64,000 bases of DNA from Stegostoma tigrinum (GCF_030684315.1 NC_081363.1:51526312-51590311); one strand, 5' to 3'. Shown: positions 39,603 to 51,792, numbered from the stretch's first letter. Program-made: numbers and translations. The notes: a model not told the origin generated them from the letters alone.

Positions 39603-41663
39603 CTAGGTGGGGATAGAGGGGAGAGAAAAAAAAACTATTCCTATCAGTCTTTTTTATAATATTGCTCATGGTTGGCAGGTAATACACAGCAGTTACCATA
39701 TAAATAGAACAGGACAGGTTTTGCTGTATTTTGTGTTATACACAAGTATTTAATGTCATGTGGACTCTAATTCTCGTAACTATCAAAAAACCTTTGGTTT
39801 TGACCAGCTTTTAATATTTCTTAATAGTTACTTGTCCAAATTAATTCAAAATGCTTTGTTTTTGAAAGAAATAATGGTAGTTTTGTGTTTCTGAATGGAA
39901 TAGTCTACTTACAATTCTTTAGCTTTTTAATATATAATTCAAGGGAGGTGGACTAAGTCAGAGCTTATTTCCCACTCCTAGCTGCCCTGATGAAAATGCC
40001 TTCTTGAACACCCCTGGGGCACAGGAAAGGGAGTTCCAGGATTTTCAGTTAGTGACAATGAAGGACCATTGATATAGTTCCAAGTCAGTGGTGAGTAACT
40101 TTAGAGGGCAACTTGCAGATGGTGGTGCTGCCATTCACCTGCATTTCTTGAGCTTCTTATTTGCAGAGGTTGCACAGTTGGAAGGTGCTTTCGAAGTAAT
40201 TTTGAATTACTGTAGTGCATCTTGTAGATGATATACCCTGCTACCAGTGTACATCAGTGGTGAATGGGTTGGTTGGGCACCATTTGTTAACGCCTCTCTC
40301 CTCAGGTGTTATCCCTCTTTTTTTAATCTTCCATCAGCACCTCTTTCCTGAAAAAAACCCCCCTTTAATCCTTTGTTCTGCCATCCATCCCCAAACCCCC
40401 TTCTTCAGGCCCTTTTTGTTTCCATTCAGAAATGCTTTCATGCCCAACGGAAGTTTTTTTTTATTTCTCCCATCAGCTGTGTTATTTTTAACCTGTATCC
40501 AGTACTACTAAATGCCCGTGTTTTCCAGTTAAATTGCCACATTAATATGGAAAGCCTATCAAGGCCAGTGCAATAATCCAGAAGTGAGGGAAAGGAGGGA
40601 TGGCAAAATCAAAATGGAATTGCACATATATTGAACCAATTTCAATAAAGAGGGATATTGGAGACACAAATTCTGCTGCATCCCCATTGCAGTGCCCTGA
40701 CCAATGAGAATCAATAAGCCTGAATGTTAAGATTGACAGCTGTTTCTGCATTTCCTTGCCAATTGTGGCACAAACAATCTCCAACCTCTCTCATGCTGTA
40801 TAAAATGTGTCTTTTTTATCCCCCAGTTTGTTTCTTGTGGGCTAATTCTGATTAGTGTATAATGGAATGCTTCAAGAAATGAACTTTCTCTCCTGTCCTA
40901 AGGCTATGCTATGTTATTCTAATAATGTAGACAGAATCTTACAGTGAAGCACACCATACGCAATAAATTAATAGGAAAAAGAATTTTCCTTTTTTTTAAA
41001 TCCAAATGTATTTCTTGGTTATATATTAGGAATCAACTTAGACAGAATATCACCGTTAAGTGGTGGAGTGGAAAGACATGTTTTTAAAACTGGAGCTCAG
41101 TACAAGGGTGACTAAATGCTGATTAAATTTGAAGGGTTTTTTTTTGAAAAGCAGATATTTGAATTCTCTCTCAACTAATATTCCAAAAGTTAATACTGAT
41201 AATGATTCTGGGTAGTGCAATGGAAAAGATTCAACCTGCTTGCAGAGCACACAGAGGACATGGAAGGAGACTAGCTCTGGGTGCCACACAGATGGAAACT
41301 GCATTTTGTTTAATACCTGAAAAATTGGATCAGTCTGCAAAATGTTTGTATACTTCCTTTACTGTTGATAGTTGAAACCATAGATTTTGAGGAACGTTTA
41401 AAATAATTTCAGAAATCAGAAGGATTAATTAGAAAAATTCACAAGCAATTAAAAATGGAATTTCCAATAAACATTATTTTCTGAAGCTCAAGTTAATTTC
41501 TACATTTTGTCGTGAATACCATATTGCTATAATTTCCAATTACAGTTGGTATAGATTATTGGCTTTTCATAATGATAGAAAAGGTAAGTAAAGCTAAGCA
41601 TTATGGCTTGGGTCAAAATAGCTGCATTGGATTTCAGAAAGCAACATTATTTATGTTAATTAC

Positions 41664-41801
41664 CTCTACAGCTTTTGCCGTGAACAGTGAGCTTGTTGGA
41701 CCGCTCTGAAATGTCCTCGTTTGATTCAGAGGTATCAATCCTTTGTGGTACTGCAGTGAAACACGAGCTGTCACACCTGAGCCACAAGGACTTCTGTCAA
41801 C
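41664..41801 (-). CDS. L3HYPDH: L3HYPDH exon 4 (second catalytic residue, here Cys264)
   Basis: TAATAG acceptor, GTAATT donor, 138 nt; VDRSPCGSGVTARVSLQYHKGLIPLNQTRTFQSGPTSSLFTAKAVE. Confidence 0.93.
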
Positions 41802-41861
41802 CTATTAAAGATACACAAAAAATATTTGAACTGTTTTTTTATTAATGAATCTTATTTGATC

Positions 41862-42045
41862 GGGGATTGGTTAGCTCAGTTGATTGGACAGCTGGGTTTG
41901 CTATGCAGAGTGATGCCAACAGCATGGGTTCAATTCCTGTACTGGCTAAGGTTACCATGAAGAATTCTTCTTCGCCCACCCCTTCCCTTGCCTTAGGTTA
42001 AACCACTACTGAGAGAGCAGTCCTATGGTCCAGTAAGATTGCAAC
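41862..42045 (+). mobile_element. tRNA-headed SINE in L3HYPDH intron 3
   Basis: TAGCTCAGTTG A box and GGGTTCAATTCC B box followed by a non-tRNA body. Confidence 0.6.
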
Positions 42046-42511
42046 TTTTTATTTGATTTCAGCCATCCAACCTGTTGATTTTCCTCAGCTGAAATGATGG
42101 AGAGGTTATTTTGATTTTGTAAGCATTAAAAAGTATTTAATATTAGAAAACATTGCAAAGATAGGGGTGGAAGTTCCAACTATCGTCACCATTGTTTAGG
42201 TAGTACTCAGCTCATTTTTAATCATAGCTCTTAAAGTTTTCAAGAGTTACCCCAATGCATGTGAAAATTTGCCCTATAATGGATTTTCCTGGTGCTGCCC
42301 TCAGTGAGAAAAAATTCAACTGATAGCAAGAAAATGAGACATTTCCAAAATTATCACATTTCAAGAGATCTCATCAATTCCATTTATACAGAAAAGCAAG
42401 AACATTTTGAATAAGCCTGGAGGGACACTTTCTTTTTTCTTTATTGCACAAAGCATGTGAGGTACAATTTCATTAGTAAACTTTAATTGTAAGCTGATAT
42501 TCCTAAAAATA

Positions 42512-42840
42512 AGAGATAACAAGGTGTTGAGCTCAATGAACACAGCAGGCCAAGCAGCATCAGATGAGCAGAAAAGCTGATGTTTCAGATCTGGATAATA
42601 AAATGTGAGGCTGGATGAACACAGCGGGCCAAGCAGCATCTCAGGAGCACAAAAGCTGACATTTCGGGCCTAGACCCTTCATCAGATCTGGACCCTTCTT
42701 CAGAAATCCATTTCTGAAGAAGGATCCAGACCAAAAACGTCAGCTTTCCTGCTCCTCGGATGCTGTTTGGACTGCTGTGTTAATCCAACTCTAGACTTTG
42801 CTATCTCAGATTCTCCTTCATAGGCAGTTCCTACTATCTC
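42512..42840 (+). mobile_element. Fold-back PLE pLTR insertion in L3HYPDH intron 3 with a nested younger pLTR piece
   Basis: Outer TSD ATTC(C/G)TAAAAATA at 42499-42511 and 42841-42853; nested piece 42596-42681 flanked by TCAGATCTGGA. Confidence 0.87.
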
Positions 42841-42984
42841 ATTCGTAAAAATAGACACGTTTGAGAATTTCAAAACCAAGATTCAAAGATTTTTTTTCAA
42901 TGCCACCTCATACAAGTTGGGCTAAATGAAATTACTGAAAATCATAATGTTTACTTTAATAAATTTTACTCTGATTTTACCTAC

Positions 42985-43107
42985 CTGAGCATCTGCAAAA
43001 ACACAAATATTTGCCGTTGGCTCTTCTGAAAATGCGTCTTTTCCATCAGTTAATATAGTCCCGTACAAGAAAGCAAGTTCTTCACTGTCAGGGTGGTGGA
43101 GCTTAAC
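42985..43107 (-). CDS. L3HYPDH: L3HYPDH exon 3
   Basis: TTACAG acceptor, GTAGGT donor, 123 nt; VKLHHPDSEELAFLYGTILTDGKDAFSEEPTANICVFADAQ. Confidence 0.93.
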
Positions 43108-44393
43108 CTGTAAAAAAGAAAATTACTCAGCAAGGTTTGATATTAATGTATTGGATCAGCAGTAATAGTTATTAATAGCTGAAAATTTATTCTCAAAGTC
43201 AATTATTTTAAAATGTAATAGCTCGTCAGAATCTCAATTTGACAAACAAGCATTAATCAATGTACTATTTGACATGAAAATAGTTAAACTGATAAACAAT
43301 TAACCTGACTGCAGGAAACGGAGTGTTCGTCACAAAGGGCAACAGTGAATTCTGAGCAAACCATTTGATGGGTAATGCCCACAGTATAAAACTTTTTTGC
43401 ACGTTAGCTTACTGGATCAGAAGTAAACTAATCAAAGCCAAATAAGTGTCCCCTGTAATACTTATAACAAAGAAGAAAGATAGGTGATTTATTTTCTTAA
43501 TTTTGGGTTCTCCACCCACCCTGGAGACAGAGGAGGAAAACAGCTGTTAGGGGTTGGAGATATATCCCTCCAGAACTGATTGCCAAAGATATAATCTGTT
43601 TACAGTATTGCTTGGTGTAGAAGGAGTTGCTTTATTTGGTGGTCCTCTACAGGGTATTGACGGACACATGTTCCAGTCAGTTGCGAAACAGAATGAATTT
43701 GTACAGAGCGGCTGAATTTTCACAAAAAGTACATATCAGTAATAGACTCCACCATCCGTTTTACAGGGTTTTGTTTGGAATTTGGTTTTCCTTGAATCTC
43801 AAAAGCACCAACAACTATGTTGTAACCTGTGATTTGATACAGTACAAAATAGATGTCCTGAGTTCTGGAGCTGTTCGAACAACATCTTGTACAAAGAGAC
43901 ACTACTGGCAACCCATACTATCTCACTTATTAGCCACAAAAGGTAAGTGATTATAAATGAAAGAGTACATCATAGAGTTAGATATGGATGCCAATTTGGA
44001 AGGGTGAAGGCTTGTCACAATTAAATTCCAGATGCTTGTATTCGTTTAACATGAAAGACATCAATACTGATACAGGAGTGTCACAGAGAAGTAAACTTTT
44101 ACAGGTTGCAAAGGTTTGTCAGACGTTAGCAAATTATTGGTCAGGATTTTGCATTCTAAATAATGCAAGGGAACACTGACCAATATATTAACTAGGCCAA
44201 GGAGATCTGTGTAGAGAAGTTAAAATTAGCAGTTTGAGAAAACTGTTCTGAAATGATACACTGACCTTGAATTATTAATATCATCAACTTTATTTTTACA
44301 CCTGCTGTGGCTTCAACTGTTATTAATTGGGAGACTGAAAAGAATTGGCAGTGAGAGGGCGGGGTGGGATGTCACTGACGGGGGAGAAGACAA

Positions 44394-44750
44394 GGGTGGC
44401 ACGGTGGCTCAGTGATTACTACTGGTACCATACAGCGCCATGGACCCAGGTTCAATTACACCCTTGAGCGACTGTCTGTGTGGAACATTCTCCCCATGTC
44501 TGTGCGGGTTTCGTCTGGGTGCTCCGGTTTATTCCCACAGTCCAAAGATGTGCAGGTTAGGTGGAATGACCATGCTAAATGGCTCATAGTGTCCAAGGGT
44601 GTGTAAGGTAGGTGCATGAGCCATGGGAAATGCAGGGTTACAGGGAAAGAGTTCAAGGGTAGGTCTGGGCAGGATACTCTTCGGTGGGACAGTGTGGACT
44701 TGTTGGGCCAATTGGCCTGTTTTCACCTTGTAGGAAGCCTATGATTCGAT
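44394..44750 (+). mobile_element. HE1-like tRNA-derived V-SINE
   Basis: A box GTGGCTCAGTG, B box GGTTCAATT, V-domain GGGTGCTCCGGTTT.TTCCCACAGTCCAAAGATGTGCAGGTTAGG, CR1-like tail. Confidence 0.88.
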
Positions 44751-45298
44751 GAATTAACCCTGATGCAAATAATGTAATGCACCCCAAACGTGTAAATACC
44801 TTCTCTCTTAAGGCTTCGTGGGATTTCAGGAAATATTTTAACCAAATCCTGGGTTATTATCCCAGGTTTGTAACGTTGCCTGCCTGGCAAGTTATGCCAA
44901 CTCGAAACCAGGTGATAGGTCTGCAGCTGTCAGATCTTCATGTTGAGTTTCCACAACTTTCTGATCTGGGGAGGATGAGTATAAACAGCAGGTTTAAATC
45001 TTGTCCAAATGTTCATTAATATCAAAGGGTTTGCCCCTCAGTTAGGTTTGTACGGTATAATTTGCGTAAAATTGTCATCAGGAGCGCACAATGGTATTGT
45101 TTAATTTGTTGCACACAACTGGTTGACAAAGGAGGGATCTACTCCTAATCAAAAGAGCAGTATGGTCACATTTCCAGTTGAAATTTGCAGACCTTCCTAG
45201 CCTCGGGGGGAAAATGAAGGGACAAGTAGTATTTGAAGTCAGAATACAGAAAGGTGAAATACTGATCAGTCAAAACAATATTTGGCTCATTTACATAC

Positions 45299-45468
45299 AT
45301 GTGTTTTCACAGTATTAGTGACAGCTACTGCTGCATCTACAAGATCCCGGGTCCTGGAGGAACAAACGTCTAAACCAAAATGATCTGCGCTCACAAATGC
45401 ATAAAAAGCACCTCCATATGCAATATCCACTGCAATCTTCCCATATCCTTGTACATCAACAGTAACAT
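45299..45468 (-). CDS. L3HYPDH: L3HYPDH exon 2
   Basis: TTTCAG acceptor, GTATGT donor, 170 nt; DVTVDVQGYGKIAVDIAYGGAFYAFV...VKTH in frame with exon 1. Confidence 0.93.
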
Positions 45469-45647
45469 CTGAAAGAGATGAGTAAACTGGTATTGTATGC
45501 TGTTTGAATATACAGGTACAATAGCTCTGAAACTGTCGCACCAGTAAATGCAAAATGTGTGGCTAACGGCATGGAAATCTACAACAAAAAAGGCCCATCA
45601 GCCCATTGAGTCTGTGCTGGTCATAAAAACAGCACCTAACTATACTA

Positions 45648-45815
45648 GAGATAGTAGGAACTGCTGATGCTGGAGAATCTGAGACAACAAGGTGTAGAGC
45701 TGGATGAACACAGTAGGCCAAGCAGCATCGGGCTGAAACGTCAGCTGTCCTGCTCCTCTGAAGCTGCTTGGCCTACTGTGTTCGTCCAGCTCTACACCTT
45801 GTTGTCTCTCTCTCT
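45648..45815 (-). mobile_element. Fold-back PLE pLTR insertion in L3HYPDH intron 1
   Basis: Inverted arms; TSD CACCTAACTATACTA at 45633-45647 and 45816-45830. Confidence 0.9.
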
Positions 45816-46843
45816 CACCTAACTATACTAATCCAGTTTTCTAGCACTTAGCCCTAAGCATTGTATGATTTGACATTGCAAGTGCATATCTAAACACTTC
45901 AATGTTATGATGTGCTGGAAGTGTTTCTCAGCACCTTCAGCTAGCTATTTTCTGGGTCTGTAAATTGTTAAGGTGCAAAGCTGGCTTTCAGTAGAGAGAT
46001 GTATCCTTCCTGTTGGATGTGGGGCATGAGAGAGAGTTTCCATGTTACTGACAATCATGACTGTGGGAAGTTTGTTTGATTGCAAATCCTATAGGATTGC
46101 ATGGATTGGTTGGAGTGGCAGTTAATGTCAATGAGGAATTGAGAGGAGGTAGGGGGTACGATGGATGGCAGTTGCAGGGACGGAGATACACCAGAGATAC
46201 AGTCAGGTAGATAGGTAGCCTCCAGGAAAGGTAAGGAAGGGAGGCAGATAGTACAGGAGTCTTCTGTGACTATCCCTATCTCAAATAAGTACACTGTTTT
46301 GGAAAACGTACAGGGTGATGGACTCTCCGGGGAATGGAGCACTGACAGCCTGGTTACTGATACTGAGACGGGCTCTTATGTAACGAGGGGTGTGTCAGGT
46401 TCCAAGCAATCAATCATGATAGGGGACTCTCTAGTCAGAGGCACAAACAGATGATTCCGTGGCCAACAGTGAGACATCAGAATGGTGTGTTGCCTCCCTG
46501 GAGCCAAGATCAAAGCTATTTCACAGCAGGTGCAGATTAGTCTCAAAGGGGAGAGGGACCAGAGGGAGGTCGTTGTGCACATTGGAACTAATGATAAAGG
46601 AAGCGAAAAGCATGAGATTCTGAGGAGAAAACTTGGGAAGTTAGGCAGGAATACAAAAAGTAGGTCCTTCATGGTAGTAGTAATATCTGGATTAGTCCCA
46701 GTGCCACGACCTACTGAGGGTAGGCATAAGAGGATAGAGGAGATGAATGCATGGCCGAGGAGCTGATACAGTGAACGATTCACATTTTTGGATCACTGGA
46801 ATCCGTTCCAGGGTAGAGGTGAACTGTATAAGAACGCAACCAT

Positions 46844-47208
46844 GGCAACACGGTGGCTTAGTGGCTTAATGGTTAGCACTATTGTCTTACAGTCACAGGG
46901 ACCTGGGTTTAATTTCAGCCTGGGGTAACTGTCTGTGTGGAGTTTGTACGTTCTCTCTGTGACTATGTGGGTTTCGTCCAGCTGCTCCGGTTTCCCCCCA
47001 CAGTCTAAAGATTGCAGGTTAGGTGGATTAGCCATGCTAAATTGCCCATAAAGTCCAGGGATGTGTAAATTAAGTGGATTAGCCTTTGGAAATGCAGGGT
47101 TAAAGGGGTAGGACAGGAGATGGGTCTGGGTGGGATGCTGTACGGGGGGGGTTGGTGCGGGCTTGTTGGGTTGAATGGCTTGTTTCTGCACTGTGGGGAT
47201 TCTATGAT
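46844..47208 (+). mobile_element. HE1-like V-SINE nested in CR1
   Basis: Same A/B boxes and V-domain. Confidence 0.87.
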
Positions 47209-49576
47209 GCTGACAGATTGCAGCAGAGTTGGAAAGTGACTAATATACTGGCAGGGAGATTTGCTAGAGCTGCTTGAGAGAATTTAAGCTAGTAAGGGGC
47301 GGAGGGGATGGATATAGTTGGGAAAAGGAGTAAGGGCAGGCAGAAAAAATAGACTGAGAGGTAGGACTGAGAAATTTAAACTGTAATTATTTTGATACAA
47401 GAGGCCTAATAGCTAAGGCAGATGAACTCAAGGTATGATTGGAAACATGGGACTGGGATATCATAGCAATTACAAATACGTAGCTCATGGATGGACAGTT
47501 CTGGCAGCTTAGCATTACAGGATACAGATGCTCTAGGAAGGATTGAAAGGGGAGTGAGAGAGAAGGGGTAGAGTCATTTTTGATTGGGGGTAATATTATG
47601 GCTGTGTTTGAGGAGGATATTCCTGCGAGTACATCTGACAGTTTGTTTCGGTGGAACTAAGAAATAAGAAAGGGATGATGACCTTATTGAGATTGTACTA
47701 TAGACCCCCGAACAGTCAGCAGGAAATTGAGAAACACATTTGTAAGGAGACCGCAGTTATCTGTAAGATTGGTGGGTATGGTAGGAGATTTTAACTTTCT
47801 AAATAGATTGAGACTGCCATAGTGTTAAGGGCTTGTACGGACAGGGATTTTTGAGCGTGTACAAGAAAATTTTATGATTCAGTATGTGAATTTACCTACT
47901 CTTGGGACATAAGGCAAGGGCAGATGATTGTGATGTCAACGGGGGAGCATCCTGGAGCCAGTGACCATAATTCTATTTGGTTTAAAATAGTGATGGAAAA
48001 GGATAGACTGGATCTAAAAGTTAAAGTTCAAAATTGGACGAAGACCAATTTTGACCGTATTAGGCAAGAACATTCAAAAGTTGACGGGAGCAGGTGTTTG
48101 CAGGTAAAAGGATGACTGAAAAAATGACAAGCCTTCAAAAATGACATTAGGCAAGACCAGAGACAGTATGTTCCTGTTAGGGAGAAAAACAAGGCAGGTA
48201 AGTGCAGGGAATGCCAAATGACTAAAGAAATTGAGGCTTTGGTCAAGAACAAGAAAGAAGTATATCAGATGTAGCTAGCAGAAATCGAGTGATTCCCTGG
48301 AAAAGTATACACCAGCTGCCTTTATGCTTGAGGGAAATCGGGAGGGCAAAAAGGGAAGATAAGATAGCTTCGGCAAATAGGGTGAAGGAGAATCCGAAGG
48401 AATTCTATAAATATATTAAGGACAAGTGGGTAACTAAGGAGAGAAACAGGGTCCCTTAAAGATCAGCAAGGCCGCCCCTATGGAGAATCACTGGAGATGG
48501 GGTAGATACTAAATGAGTATTTCACATCAGGGCTTATTGTGGAGAAGGACATAGAAGACAGAGAACAGGGAGAAATAAGTAGCAACATCATGAAAAATGT
48601 CCTTTTTGCAGAAGTAGTGGTGCTGAATGTATTAAAAAGTATAACGGTGGATAGATTCCCGGGACTTGATCAGGTGTATCCTAGAACTCTGTGGGAAGCT
48701 AGGGAAGTGATTGCGGGGCTGGGGATTGGTCAATATGGCGCCACTCTTTAAGAAAGGTGATATGGAAAAGCCAGGGAACTATAAACTGGTGATATTAGTG
48801 GTGGGCAAGTTGTTGGAGGGAATCCTGAGGAGCAGGATTTACATGTATTTGGAAAGGCAAGGACTGCTTAGGGATAGTCAACATGGCTTTGTGTGGGAAA
48901 TCAAGTCTCACTAACTTGATTTTCTTGAAGTAACAAACAGGATTGATTAGGGCAGAGTGGTGGACGTGACCTATATGGACTTTGACAAGGCTCCTCATGG
49001 TAGACTGGTTAGGAGGGTTAGATCACATGGAATACAGGGAGAACTAGCCATTTGGATACAGAATTTTGTTATCTCTGACTCCAGCATCTGAAGTTCTTGT
49101 TATCTTGGTGCCGAGTCCACTGCTTTTTGTGATTTGTATATGAACATAGGTAGTAGGGTTAGTATGTTTGCAGATGACACCAAAATTGGAGGAGTAGTGA
49201 CAGTGAAAAGTACAATGGAACCTTGGTCAGATGGGCCAATAGGCTGAGCAGTGGCAGATAGAATTTAATTGAAATGAATGTGAAGTACTGCATTTTGGAA
49301 TGGCAAGTCAAGGCAGGACTTATACACTTAATGGTAAGGTCTTGGGGAGTACTGCTGAACAAAGAGATCTTAATAGTTCATAGTTCCTTCAAAGTGAAGT
49401 CACAGGTCGATAGGACAGTGAAGATGATGTTTGGCATGCTTGCTTTAGTAGTTGGTGCACTGAGTATAGGAATTAGGAGGTCATGTTATCAGCTGTATAG
49501 GACAGTGGTTAGGCCACTACTGGAATGCTGTGTGCAATTCTGGTCTCCCTATTAATAGGAAGGATGTTATGAAATT

Positions 49577-49857
49577 GAATCACAGAATCCCTACAGTGTG
49601 GAAACAGGCCCCATGGCCCAGCAAGTCCACACCAACTCTCAGGCCATCCCACCCAGACCCATCCCCATATAACCCACCTAATCTACATATCCCTGAACAC
49701 TATGGGCAATTTAGCATGTCCAATCCACCTGGCCTGCACATCTTTGGACTGTGGGAGGGAACCCACGCAGACACGGAGAATGTGCAAACTCCACACAGAC
49801 AGTAGCCAGAGGGTGGAATCGAACGCTGGTCACTGGTGCGGTGAGGCAGCAGTGCTG
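49577..49857 (-). mobile_element. HE1-like V-SINE nested in CR1
   Basis: CCTGCACATCTTTGGACTGTGGGAGG and GGAATCGAAC on plus are the V-domain and B box on minus. Confidence 0.87.
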
Positions 49858-50661
49858 CCCCAACTGAAAGAGTTCAGAAAAGGTTTAAGAATATTGCCAG
49901 GCTTGGAGGATTTGAGCTATAGAGAAAGGCTGAATAAAGTAGAGCTAATTTCCCTGGATTGCTGGAGGCTGAAGGGTAACCTTGTAGAGGTTTATAAAAT
50001 CATAAGGTGCATGGATAGGGTAAATAGACGAGGTCTTTTTCCCAGGCTGGTAGAGGTGAAAATTAGAAGGCATAGGTTTAAAGTGAGGGGATTTAAAAAG
50101 GATCTAAGAAACAACTTCTTCATGCAGAGGGTGCTGCACGTACAGAATGAGTTGCTGGAGGAATTGGTGCGTTTACAACATTTAAGAGGCGCCTAGATGG
50201 ACATGTCATCAATACAAGTCGAGGGGGATTCGGGCTACATGCTGATAAATGGGACTACATTAATTTAGGATATCTGCTTTGCTTCGACGAGTTGGACCAA
50301 CGCGTTTGCTTCAGTGGTGTCTATCCCTGTGACTCTATAACAGTGCCAACTGGACGATTTCGTTAAAACGTTGAAGGTACGTTGCACGTTTGGAGGGACT
50401 GACAAGAGTTCAAGGTGTTTTGTACTGAAGGTCGTTCACCCGAAACGTCAAAACTTGTTCTTTCCGCACGAATACTGTTAGATCAGCTGAGTGTTCTCGG
50501 CATTTTTCTTTGTTTAAAACTATTTCAGAGTTGTACCAGAGTTTTTGTTTTGTTTAAATGTTAAACAAATGGATTTAATGTGGGACTTGCAAACCGGACT
50601 GACAGTGTAACTAAAGGTTAAAGTGCTGTACCTCAGTGCCCGGCTCCCATCTCTCTCTCAC

Positions 50662-51142
50662 CTGTAGCGAAGACGAAGGCGGGGACGCTGTGGAAGCGGA
50701 CCCGCCCGCTCTTGCCCTTGTGGTACTGGACGAAAGCCCGGACTAGGCCGCAGGGACAGTGGATATTGACCTGTGTTTCGGGGGAGCTGGGCTCTTTGAT
50801 CAGCCCGTAGTCCAGGGCGTAGCGGCCGAGGGCCAGCACGGCATGCCCGCACATGGTGCTGTAGCCCTGGTTGTGCATGAAGAGGACTCCGAGGTGAGCG
50901 TCCGGCCGCTCGGAGCCCACCAGCAGCGCCCCGTACATGTCCCTGTGGCCGCGGGGCTCGAAGATCAGCCTCCGCCGCAGGCCGTCCAGCCGCTCCCGCA
51001 CGTAGCGCCGTTTGCTGAGGAGGTCGCCCGCCGGCACCGGGGGGAAGCCGCCGGTGACGATCCGGAGCGGCTCACCACCCGTGTGCATATCCAGTACCGA
51101 AAGGACCGATCCTACCCCCGGGGGCCGTCTCGGCAGCTCCAT
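50662..51142 (-). CDS. L3HYPDH: L3HYPDH (proline racemase family) exon 1
   Basis: DMHTGGEPLRI, EPRGHRDMYG, YSTMCGH (catalytic Cys98, codon 50849-50851); donor G|GTGAG, phase 1; 481 nt; CpG-rich. Confidence 0.95.
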
Positions 51143-51263
51143 CTCGACCGAGAGCAGTGGGGGCGGGGGTCAAAGCCAGTCCCCGCCCTAACCGGAAGTG
51201 AACTGGGAAGGAAGCGGAAGTGTCGTATGATTGGAATGGCGGCGGTTGTTGTTGGATGTGAGC
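51143..51263. promoter_or_regulatory. Compact bidirectional promoter shared by L3HYPDH and JKAMP
   Basis: 121 bp between divergent ATGs; GC boxes 51159-51169 and 51181-51188; ETS/GABP motifs CCGGAAGTG 51192-51200 and GCGGAAGTG 51214-51222; ATTGG 51230-51234; YY1-like AATGGCGGC 51235-51243; abuts CpG-rich L3HYPDH exon 1. Confidence 0.85.
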
Positions 51264-51267
51264 ATGG
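51264..51267 (+). CDS. JKAMP: JKAMP coding exon 1 (ATGG)
   Basis: ATGG|GTAAGG donor; phase 1 fits the next exon (G+AT = Asp). Confidence 0.75.
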
Positions 51268-51792
51268 GTAAGGGGCCTAGTTCTTCACAATCTCTTGTGT
51301 ATGTGCGCTCAGTGATGATGATTGTGAAGAAGATGAAATACTTTAGGAAGCAGAGGTGATCTCATAGGCATTTAAACCACACGGGGTCCTTTGGCAATCT
51401 CACCTTGGAGCCTTCGCCAAAGTATCAGGAAACACCAGTCTGGCTCTTGTGTCGCCAAATGTAAAGCAAACAATCCCCCAGGACCAACCCCCCCCTTCGT
51501 TTACTCTGTACTCGACTGACAACCGCCCAATCCTTTAGAGTTTATAAAAAAAATCCCCCCCACCCCCACCTTGCGTGCCCATTGGACAAAACAGTTAACC
51601 CACGGGGCCACCACTGGACGTTCAAGGCCTTAAATACAAATTTAACATGTATTTAGATAAAGGTAAATCGATAAGGTGTTTTCTTTAAATCTTTAAACAT
51701 GCCGAAATAATTCCGTGCATCGTTGGTGTCAAAATCGAGCTATTTCTGCGTCAGTGAGAGCCACAACATATCACTGCAGATCTCTCCCAAGA

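Larger units (their letters stand above)
45960..50340 (+). mobile_element. Near full-length degraded CR1 LINE in L3HYPDH intron 1 (antisense to gene)
   Basis: ORF1 esterase-like motifs IGDSLVRG, VVVHIGTND, ISGLVPVPR; ORF2 remnants SDHN, KGDMEKPGNY, SQHGF, RPLLECCVQFWSP; many stops; interrupted by SINEs. Confidence 0.88.

Noticed and set aside
41862-41945. Possible tRNA gene
   Set aside because: A/B boxes present but no convincing cloverleaf; continues into a SINE-like body.
50759-51271. 170-aa plus-strand ORF
   Set aside because: Antisense shadow of the GC-rich L3HYPDH exon 1.
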